Assembly: GCA_938091905.1 (NCBI GenBank)
Contig: CALKOM010000192.1
Span: 1 to 14,792, forward strand
Length of the DNA: 14,792 bases
From: an uncultured Verrucomicrobiales bacterium
Lineage (GTDB): Bacteria; Verrucomicrobiota; Verrucomicrobiia; Verrucomicrobiales; DEV007
Reading direction: 5' to 3'
Positions 7,810-14,792 of this stretch are shown here, piece by piece; position 1 is the first letter of the stretch; every line of letters starts with the position of its first letter. The notes under the pieces were generated by a model. It was given only the letters and a program-made list of their open reading frames with translations, was not told the DNA's origin and did no database searches. The translations under genes and the position numbers were made by a program.

Positions 7810-9210
7810 TTAGCTGATCGTCGCAATCGGACCGTGGCCTTCGCGTGGCTCGCGCCAAGCAAGATCGTTGATTGCAGGGTCATTAGTGATTTTTCCTGAC
7901 TCGTCGAGTTCAAGGCGCTTTCCAGCACGCGCGCAGAGATTGCCGAGCTGGATGTTGGCCGTCATTGGACCGGAATAACCGAAGTTGGACTGACTGAATT
8001 CGCGTGGCTGCTCACCGCGACAAGCCATGAGAAACTCTTTGTGATGACCAGGAGAACGCTCTAGCAGTTGCTCAGGCTTACCAAAAGCGCGCCTTGCAGA
8101 CTCTGGGATAATGCGTGGACTATTCCAATAGTCCCCTTCGACCAGCATCTTGCCTTTGGTGCCGATAATCAGATTTCCTGTCCGAGGCAGTTCGCGATTA
8201 TCGACCTTTAACTCCTCGGGAGGTTCTGGCATGTTCGGTGAGCCGTCGACTTTGTTGCCCTCGTACCAATACGTGGTGAAGCCAGGCCGGTCAGCAGTGG
8301 CCCGATAGGTTGCCTTCACTGTCATACCAGAAGGGAATTGATCACCCACTGGGGCTGTCATGAAAATAGGCTCTGCCGAGGCGGCATAACCCGGATCCAT
8401 GATGGCATAGATACCATCCGTCGTGTGGCAAGCCATGTCACCAAGAGCGCCTGATCCAAAGTCAACGACCCCACGCCAAGAGAAGCGGTGGTAGACATCC
8501 TTACCCTTATCTTCGCCATCACGGTATTTCGCAACGTAGGGGCGCATGGCTGCGGGTCCGATCCATGAATCCCAATCTAGATTCTCAGGCACCTTATCGG
8601 AATAAGGAGGTCGAGGATTGCCCTGAGGCCACACGGGACGGTTCGTCCAGGTATGGAACTCTTGGATGTCACCAATGGATCCACCTTTGATTAGCTCGTA
8701 GGCAATGCGCCAGCCCTGCATGGAGTGGCCTTGGTTGCCCATTTGGGTAACCACCTTGGTCTTATTGTAGGCGTTGGTCAGCATTTGCGCCTCGCGTACG
8801 GACCAAGAAAGCGGCTTCTCCGTGTAGCAGTTGATGCCCATGGCGATCGCGCTCATGGAGGGAGAGAAGTGGGTGTGGTCTGGAGTCGCCACGAAGATGG
8901 TATCGAGTTCTTGGCCGTGCTTTGAGAGGAGTTCCCGCCAATCCGTGTAGCCTTTAGCCTCTCCCCATCCTTCTTTTCCAAGGACGCTCCTCCAGCTATT
9001 CTTGTCCACTTCTGCAAAGCCGATGCACTGGCAGCCATCCTCGAAAGCAGCCTTCACGTGGGCACCAGCGCGGCCTCCCGTTGCGACAAAGCCGACTTGA
9101 AGCTTGCTATTTGGCTTGTGTGCCCGCACCACGTTGGGAAAGGCGATGGTGGAAGCAGCCCCCAAACCAGTCGTGGTTAGGAATTTTCTACGAGATAGAG
9201 AGTTAGGCAT
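7810..9210 (-). CDS. Gfo/Idh/MocA family oxidoreductase with Tat signal peptide
   Basis: SRRKFL twin-arginine motif, VATPDHTH, YTEKPL, TQMGNQGHS, LDWDSWIGPA, FGSGALGDMACH; 466 aa. Confidence 0.93.
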   Translation of the reverse strand: MPNSLSRRKFLTTTGLGAASTIAFPNVVRAHKPNSKLQVGFVATGGRAGAHVKAAFEDGCQCIGFAEVDKNSWRSVLGKEGWGEAKGYTDWRELLSKHGQELDTIFVATPDHTHFSPSMSAIAMGINCYTEKPLSWSVREAQMLTNAYNKTKVVTQMGNQGHSMQGWRIAYELIKGGSIGDIQEFHTWTNRPVWPQGNPRPPYSDKVPENLDWDSWIGPAAMRPYVAKYRDGEDKGKDVYHRFSWRGVVDFGSGALGDMACHTTDGIYAIMDPGYAASAEPIFMTAPVGDQFPSGMTVKATYRATADRPGFTTYWYEGNKVDGSPNMPEPPEELKVDNRELPRTGNLIIGTKGKMLVEGDYWNSPRIIPESARRAFGKPEQLLERSPGHHKEFLMACRGEQPREFSQSNFGYSGPMTANIQLGNLCARAGKRLELDESGKITNDPAINDLAWREPREGHGPIATIS

Positions 9211-9320
9211 CGAAATAAATATTAGGGTTATAGGGAATGGAATGAGGGGATCTAAGCAGGGTCAAGAAGGCATTTCAAAAGAAATACCGGGCACTTTGAC
9301 CCCGATTCTACCTGAGTGGC

Positions 9321-9349
9321 TCGCATTTCGAAAAACTTTCGTTTAGAAT
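9321..9349 (+). promoter_or_regulatory. Putative sigma70-type promoter, leaderless geometry
   Basis: TCGCAT (9321-9326), 17-nt spacer, TAGAAT (9344-9349), then 6 nt to ATG 9356; no SD. Confidence 0.5.
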
Positions 9350-9355
9350 CCCTAG

Positions 9356-9883
9356 ATGGGTGGATTCTTTACGCGCTGGCGGTGGGGACTCTTTGTCGGA
9401 GGAACCGCATTCGGACTATATTTCTGGTTCGCTGGAGTAAAGAACGATCCAGCGCAGGCCTTTCTCAATGGACTGATCATCATGACCATCTCGTTCACGT
9501 TGGTCGCGACCAATGTCGCAGAGCTCATTGCCTCGCCGTTGACCAATTTTATCGACTCGATCTACCTCCCCGGAGGCAATTGGGGCAAAGCGCCGTTGAA
9601 GTACGAGTTGCCGATCTACTATGAACGTCACTTCAGAGGCGAGGACGCAGCGGTAGCATATGAAGCAATCATTAAGTCGGACCCGAATCAGATTCACGCT
9701 TACGGCGGGGTGATCAGGGTCTGTGAAACTCAGTTGCGTGATCGTGCGCGTGCTAAACATTGGAAGGCTCAGGCAGAGCGTCGCTTTGGGCGTGAGAAAG
9801 TAGCTGCGTCTGTCGCAAAGACAGCTGATGAGTGGCACGCGGAGCTCCTCAAGTCGGCGTTGGCTCCAGCACCCTCACAGTAA
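9356..9883 (+). CDS. Hypothetical protein with two N-terminal TM helices and a TPR-like helical C-terminus
   Basis: Hydrophobic stretches around aa 10-27 and 36-58; AAVAYEAIIKSDPNQIHAY is TPR-like. Confidence 0.75.
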   Translation: MGGFFTRWRWGLFVGGTAFGLYFWFAGVKNDPAQAFLNGLIIMTISFTLVATNVAELIASPLTNFIDSIYLPGGNWGKAPLKYELPIYYERHFRGEDAAVAYEAIIKSDPNQIHAYGGVIRVCETQLRDRARAKHWKAQAERRFGREKVAASVAKTADEWHAELLKSALAPAPSQ

Positions 9884-9908
9884 CTTTACTAAAGACTAAA
9901 GACATCGC

Positions 9909-9937
9909 TTGCCACGTGGCCAGACGTGTCTCAACTT
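9909..9937 (+). promoter_or_regulatory. Putative sigma70-type promoter, leaderless geometry
   Basis: TTGCCA (9909-9914), 17-nt spacer, CAACTT (9932-9937), then 7 nt to ATG 9945. Confidence 0.45.
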
Positions 9938-9944
9938 AAAGCTT

Positions 9945-10343
9945 ATGGCACGTCGTAATCGTCAGCCCAAAGGACCCTCGCTTGTGTTAGGGCTTGCCCT
10001 TCTGATTGTGTTGCTGGGTGGTGGGTTTGCGTTGTTTAAATTAGCCGGAGGTGGGAGTAGTAGCGACTTTCGTGGCCTAACAAGCCTCAATGTTTCGGAG
10101 TATCTTGAGAACTCCAAGAGTCTTCAAGGAAACGTTTATATGGTGGATGGACGAGTCGAAGATCAGTTAGGTTGGTCTCTTGATGGCCGCGTGCTTATGG
10201 TCGTGTCTCAGGGAGAACCTGTTGGCGTGAAAGTGCCTGCAGACTTTAGCGATCAGAACATCCAGGCGGGACAGTCGTTTGCCTTCAAGGTGCGCGTCGT
10301 CGAAGGCGGTATTCTTCTCGTTGAAGCCTTGGAGAAGGCTTGA
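9945..10343 (+). CDS. Hypothetical membrane-anchored protein, possible OB-fold extracytoplasmic domain
   Basis: MARRNRQPK basic N-terminus, one TM helix, Gly/Ser linker, then a beta-rich domain (VYMVDGRV...NIQAGQSFAFKVRV). ATG 9945 is preferred to TTG 9909. Confidence 0.75.
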   Translation: MARRNRQPKGPSLVLGLALLIVLLGGGFALFKLAGGGSSSDFRGLTSLNVSEYLENSKSLQGNVYMVDGRVEDQLGWSLDGRVLMVVSQGEPVGVKVPADFSDQNIQAGQSFAFKVRVVEGGILLVEALEKA

Positions 10344-10374
10344 GTCGACTTAGAGGAAGGTTTAGGACTGAGAC

Positions 10375-13365
10375 ATGCATCGTCTCTGGTTCTGTTCGTT
10401 TCTTCTAGCATTATTCAACGCCGCGAGTGGTGTTGAGTCGCCCAATATCATCTTCGTCATGGCGGACGACCTCGGCTACGGAGATCCTCAGTGCTATCGG
10501 GCAGAATCCAAGATCTCCACGCCAAACATGGATCGCCTCGCACGAGAGGGCATGCGTTTCACCGATGCACATACGCCATCCGCAGTTTGCACTCCCACTA
10601 GATACGGCGTGCTCACAGGTCGGTATTGTTGGCGGTCATCTCTAAAGAAGGGCGTGCTCTACGGCGACAGCCCGGCTCTGATCGAGCAGAAACGCCTAAC
10701 CGTGGCAGGCATGTTGAAGCGCTATGGCTATCACACAGGTGTCGTGGGCAAGTGGCACCTTGGATTGGGTAACGGGTTCAATGAACAGACCGATTTTAGC
10801 CAGCGTATCCCACACGGCCCGCTTAGCCTGGGTTTCGACCACTCCTACATCATCCCGGCGTCGCTCGATATGGCGCCCTATCTCTGGCTACACGATGACG
10901 TTGTTGTACAGGCACCTACCGTCCAAGATGAAGGTTCAAAACGGGTTTGGGCTGGAGGCAACGGTTTTTGGCGTGCTGGCTTACGGGCCCCGGATTTCAC
11001 CTTCGACGGCGTCTTGCCAACCATCGCGAATCAGGCTTCCCGTTACCTCTCAGAACGAGCCAAGCAATCTGACAAGCCCTTCTTTCTCTATGTGCCACTG
11101 GCATCACCACACACGCCGTGGGTGCCCTCAGAGGCCTATAGGGGCAAGACTAGCATCGGTGCGTATGGCGATTTCGTTTATCAAACGGATGCGGCTCTAG
11201 GTCAAATCCTCAAGACTCTTGATGATGAGGCACTAACGGATAACACACTGATCATCTTTACGTCAGACAACGGATCACATTGGCCTGCCAACATGATTGA
11301 GAAAACTGGTCACCGGGCAAATGGAGATTGGCGCGGGCAGAAAGCAGACATTCATGAGGCCGGCCATCGCGTTCCGTTCTTAGCACGTTGGCCGGGTCAG
11401 GTGAAAGCTGGATCGGTGAGTGATCAACTCATCTGTCTTGCGGATCTTATGGGCACAGCAGCGAGCATTGTTGGCCATCTGTTGGGCAAAGCAGAGGGCG
11501 AAGACAGCTATGACCTGCTTCCCATTCTCAAGAGTACGACGACGAAGTCTGTCCGCAAAGCCATCGTGCATCATTCACTCGGTGGGACGTTTGCCATTCG
11601 GATCGATAACTGGAAACTCATTCTAGGCAAAGGTTCTGGCGGATTTACCAAGGTACCCGTGGCGGCTGATGCGCCTGAGGGACAGCTCTACAACCTGAAG
11701 AATGATCCGACCGAAACAACCAATCGCTATACAGAAAAGCCAAAGATTGTGGCGAAGCTCCGGCAAACACTCGAGCGCTACCAACGCATCGGTTTTAGTC
11801 GATTGCCAGGAGATACTGAGGCTCTGTTAGAAAGATTGAAAGAAAACCAGTTCAAACGAATTCACCAGGAACTCTTCCGGACAATGCTTCGAGGGAAGCC
11901 TCGAGTTGCCCTCGAAGCCATGAACCAACTCTCTCCAGATCTTGTAAACCACGGAGAGAGTCACTATATGCGAGCGGTGGCTCATAGCATGCTTGGAGAA
12001 CTCGACGTCGCCGCCGCAGCTGCACTCAGGGCGACTGCGGCAGGGGTCAGTCTCAATCGACTCGTCGGTGGTACGAAGACGGGGCTAGAAGAGCTGCAAT
12101 CCCATCCTGTATTCGCACAACTTCGGGAAGGGCTCGATCCCATAGTTCACGGGCCTATGCTAGGCCAGATTTCTGGATCTAGCGCGACTGTCTGGGTCCG
12201 CAGCCTGGAAGCTGCAGAGGTCAGAATTGCAGTCTCCACGAACGCTGAGGACTTTTCACAAGCGCTTATTAGTGAGTATGTATCAACGAATACCGCGACA
12301 GACTTTACGGCCAAAGTACCAGTCAAAGGGCTCAAGCCTCAGTCGTCCTATCACTATCGAGTCTTGGTAGGAGATCAATCAGCAACGGATTCGTCGATTG
12401 CCGTGCACCACCTGAAGACGACTGTAAAGCCGCTCGCACCGACCAAGATACGGATTGCGTTCGGCGGTGGGGCTGGCTTCGTGCCCGAGAATGAGCGCGC
12501 TTTCGATACCATTCGAACAAAGGATCCTGACGCACTCTTTCTCTTAGGAGACAATGTCTACAGCGACGACCCGGAAAGCCCTTCGATGCAGCACTACTGC
12601 TACTATCGTCGCCAAGCCCGACCAGAGTTCTCTGCCTTAGTCGCCCAGACACCGGTCTATTCCATCTGGGACGATCACGACTTCGGTGTGAATGACTGTG
12701 TAGAGGGGCCCGAGATCGATCTGCCCGCCTGGAAGCGCCCTGTCTACGAGGTGTTCAGAGACAATTGGGTCAATCCAGGGTATGGTGGAGGAGATGCTCA
12801 GCCTGGTTGCTATTATGACTTCTATCTCGGTGACGTGCATGTCATCATGTTAGATGGTCGCTTTTATCGTAACCTTGATCCAGGGTTGGGGGAAATATCG
12901 ATGTTAGGAAAAGTACAACGTGACTGGCTCTTGGAAAAGGTTCAAAAATCAACGGGCATATTCAAGATACTCTGTTCGCCGGTGCCGTGGGTCTACGAGG
13001 CCAAGGGAGATAGTAAAGACACCTGGAACGGCTTTAAAGACGAGCGAAGTCTTATCTTTAAGGCTCTCGCTGAACACAAGATTGAAGGTGTCCTCCTGAT
13101 GTCTGCGGATCGACACCGCTCGGATCTTTGGAAGATCGATCGTCCAGATACCTACCCGCTCTATGAGTTCAACAGTTCGCGGCTCACGAATCAGCATGTG
13201 CATAAAACGATGGAAGCGGCCGTGTTCTCCTATAATGCAAAGCAATCCTTTGGTCTGCTCGATGTTGATACGACCTTGGCAGACCCATCTGTAGTCTACT
13301 CAGTGGTGTCCATTGATGGCGAGGTCATCCACAGCTTTCGGCTACTTCGGACTGAGCTGCAATAG
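10375..13365 (+). CDS. Secreted formylglycine-dependent (S1) sulfatase fused to a PhoD-like alkaline phosphatase D
   Basis: Signal-like N-terminus; sulfatase motifs PNIIFVMADDLGYGD, CTPTRYGVLTGRY (CxPxR), GKWHLG, TSDNG; helical linker; HGPMLG Ig-like domain; PhoD motifs LLGDNVYSD, WDDHDF, LDGR, SADRH. Single uninterrupted 996-aa frame. Confidence 0.9.
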   Translation: MHRLWFCSFLLALFNAASGVESPNIIFVMADDLGYGDPQCYRAESKISTPNMDRLAREGMRFTDAHTPSAVCTPTRYGVLTGRYCWRSSLKKGVLYGDSPALIEQKRLTVAGMLKRYGYHTGVVGKWHLGLGNGFNEQTDFSQRIPHGPLSLGFDHSYIIPASLDMAPYLWLHDDVVVQAPTVQDEGSKRVWAGGNGFWRAGLRAPDFTFDGVLPTIANQASRYLSERAKQSDKPFFLYVPLASPHTPWVPSEAYRGKTSIGAYGDFVYQTDAALGQILKTLDDEALTDNTLIIFTSDNGSHWPANMIEKTGHRANGDWRGQKADIHEAGHRVPFLARWPGQVKAGSVSDQLICLADLMGTAASIVGHLLGKAEGEDSYDLLPILKSTTTKSVRKAIVHHSLGGTFAIRIDNWKLILGKGSGGFTKVPVAADAPEGQLYNLKNDPTETTNRYTEKPKIVAKLRQTLERYQRIGFSRLPGDTEALLERLKENQFKRIHQELFRTMLRGKPRVALEAMNQLSPDLVNHGESHYMRAVAHSMLGELDVAAAAALRATAAGVSLNRLVGGTKTGLEELQSHPVFAQLREGLDPIVHGPMLGQISGSSATVWVRSLEAAEVRIAVSTNAEDFSQALISEYVSTNTATDFTAKVPVKGLKPQSSYHYRVLVGDQSATDSSIAVHHLKTTVKPLAPTKIRIAFGGGAGFVPENERAFDTIRTKDPDALFLLGDNVYSDDPESPSMQHYCYYRRQARPEFSALVAQTPVYSIWDDHDFGVNDCVEGPEIDLPAWKRPVYEVFRDNWVNPGYGGGDAQPGCYYDFYLGDVHVIMLDGRFYRNLDPGLGEISMLGKVQRDWLLEKVQKSTGIFKILCSPVPWVYEAKGDSKDTWNGFKDERSLIFKALAEHKIEGVLLMSADRHRSDLWKIDRPDTYPLYEFNSSRLTNQHVHKTMEAAVFSYNAKQSFGLLDVDTTLADPSVVYSVVSIDGEVIHSFRLLRTELQ

Positions 13366-13370
13366 GCGAT

Positions 13371-13398
13371 TCAAGGGTGCAATAGCTCTAACCCTTGA
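13371..13398 (+). terminator. Inverted repeat just after the sulfatase-PhoD stop; possible terminator or stabilising hairpin
   Basis: TCAAGGGT (13371-13378) / ACCCTTGA (13391-13398), 12-nt loop; no good U-tract. Confidence 0.35.
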
Positions 13399-13522
13399 GA
13401 ACTGTTTAGGAATTCTAAGCATTCAGAACGGACTAGGAGTGTATTTAAATTGTGGGACAATTTCTTTAGAACTTTGGGGCAGGTCCTGTGAATATGAAAA
13501 TTATTGATTCTCCTGCTCTGTA

Positions 13523-14109
13523 ATGGAATCCCCGCCGCCCATTCGCTCTCTCTCGTTATCCCCTACCGTCAGGAAAGTCCTCTTTGACGCTTCGGCTGAC
13601 GGCCTCTTTTTACTGGGGGAAGGGCGCGTTGTCGAAGCCAACGAAACGGCAGCTAGGATGCCTACAATTGGTGCTCGACTTGATCCCGATCAGCGTCTTT
13701 TGGAAGGCTCGTGATCTACGTTTCGTTGGCTGCAATCATCGCTTTGCGCAGGATGCGGGTGCCTCATCACCTTTCGAGGTCGTTGGCAAGACGGATCTGG
13801 ACATGTCTTGGACCAAGGAAGATGCCGAATCCTACATGCACCATGACCGTCGGGTAATGCAGGGTAATACGCCTCGAGCCAAGATCACCGAAAGACAACT
13901 CAGAGTTGGTGGCACTCATGCCTGGGTCGAGACTTACAAAGTCCCCATGCGCAATGAAATGGGAGATGTCATCGGAATTCTCGGCTCCTACGAGGACGTT
14001 ACCGAGCGAGCAATTGCAGAGGCTTCCCTTCAAAGTTTCTCAGAAGGGCTACACGAAATGGCCCAATCCACTGCTGACAAATCGGGACAACAGTTGTTCG
14101 AAAGCTGTG
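13523..14109 (+). pseudogene. PAS-domain sensor protein remnant (PAS fragment, PAS/PAC, probable start of GAF), frameshifted and IS-truncated
   Basis: LFDASADGLFLLGEGRVVEANETAARM (PAS start) jumps at ~13660 to another frame: LQLVLDLIPISVFWKARDLRFVGCN...WVETYKVPMRNEMGDVIGILGSYEDVTER (full PAS/PAC), then AQSTADKSGQQLFESCV, cut by the IS terminus at 14110. Confidence 0.82.
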
Positions 14110-14792
14110 TGGAGCCTGACCCCAGGTAGTGGACAGTTAGAAACTAGAGTCGTGAGGCATTTGCAGGGCTTGCGTTGTCTTTGAGTCAATGCTGGAAAAC
14201 GCTGTGTTTGTCGTTTGGGTTCGAGTGATGGGAGGGCTCCCTTCAGATGTGCTTTGATGGCACCCTCCCTGGGGCGAGACCAGGGCCGCCGGAGGTACAC
14301 TACGAGTTCCGTTTTGGAGGTTGGTCTTCGCGCTATAGTGCGCGGCGAATTCCTCTGGTGTTTGGCTGGCTAGGGAACTGTGTGGGCGGTCTTCGTTGAA
14401 TTCGCAGCGCCATTGATTCAGAAGGCACTGTGTTTGGAGGAGGCTTGTGAACCATTCACGGTTGAGCAGTTCATCCCGAAGCTTGTCGTGGAAGCTTTCG
14501 ATCCAGGCCTGTTCCCAGGGTGATCCGGGAGTAATGTAGAGGGTTTTGACCTGTTTGGCCTTGAGCCAGTCTTGCAGTTGGTGGGCCATGAATTCAGGAC
14601 CGTTGTCGCTCCGAAGGTGCGTGGGGTTCCCGTAGGTAGCCATCGCCTTTGCTATTACGGCAATGGCATCGGTGGCTCGGATAGTCCAGCCCGCTTGGAG
14701 GGCAAGGCATTGACGGGTGTATTCATCAATTAATGTAAGGATTCGGAATCGGCTTCCGTTAGCCATCTGGTCGGAGACAAAGTCCCAGCTCC
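14110..14792 (-). mobile_element. IS3-family insertion sequence (IS407-like), 3' part with right inverted repeat 14110-14135
   Basis: Terminus TGGAGCCTGACCCCAGGTAGTGGACA (TG end) lies directly after the transposase stop; the element runs off the window. Confidence 0.9.
14137..14792 (-). CDS. IS3-family transposase OrfB, integrase core (5'-partial)
   Basis: WDFVSD (D1), RILTLIDEYTRQCLAL, LRSDNGPEF (D2), PGSPWEQAWIESFHDKLRDELLN (E), RPHSSLASQTP. Confidence 0.95.
   Translation of the reverse strand, partial: SWDFVSDQMANGSRFRILTLIDEYTRQCLALQAGWTIRATDAIAVIAKAMATYGNPTHLRSDNGPEFMAHQLQDWLKAKQVKTLYITPGSPWEQAWIESFHDKLRDELLNREWFTSLLQTQCLLNQWRCEFNEDRPHSSLASQTPEEFAAHYSAKTNLQNGTRSVPPAALVSPQGGCHQSTSEGSPPITRTQTTNTAFSSIDSKTTQALQMPHDSSF

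Noticed and set aside
10427..13245. Nested and antisense ORFs inside the sulfatase-PhoD gene (likewise inside fabF, the TIM barrel and the oxidoreductase)
   Set aside because: Expected shadow ORFs at this GC content; no motifs.
1..14792. Composite transposon bounded by the two IS3 ends
   Set aside because: The ends share only TGTCCACT...GGGG...CCA, the transposase tails differ, each interrupts a different gene, and the cargo looks chromosomal. Independent insertions, probably also assembly breakpoints, are simpler.

Overview
Chromosomal segment, probably from a PVC-superphylum (likely Verrucomicrobiota) bacterium; this is inferred from gene content and SD-less starts. Each edge carries the 3' end of a different IS3-family element with its right end facing inward (1-139 and 14110-14792), and each has cut the adjacent gene. 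Intact genes: a tightly coupled minus-strand operon (DUF5069 protein, sugar-phosphate isomerase/epimerase TIM barrel, GtrA, a 93-aa miniature RibD/DHFR-like ORF, FabF-type ketosynthase), a membrane protein, a divergent IF-1 paralog, a Tat-exported Gfo/Idh/MocA oxidoreductase, two small membrane-anchored proteins and a 996-aa sulfatase-PhoD fusion. Three multiply-lesioned pseudogenes appear only as fragments in the ORF track: an alpha/beta-hydrolase+SGNH double esterase, a hidden ~1.5 kb PelF-like GT4 glycosyltransferase (5816-7340) and a PAS-PAS-GAF-type sensor. Lesions cluster in these three genes while long neighbours are clean, suggesting early-stage genome decay. Several genes show leaderless-type promoter geometry. 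All family calls are from motifs recognised by eye; no searches were run. I found no CRISPR array, RNA gene or defence system.
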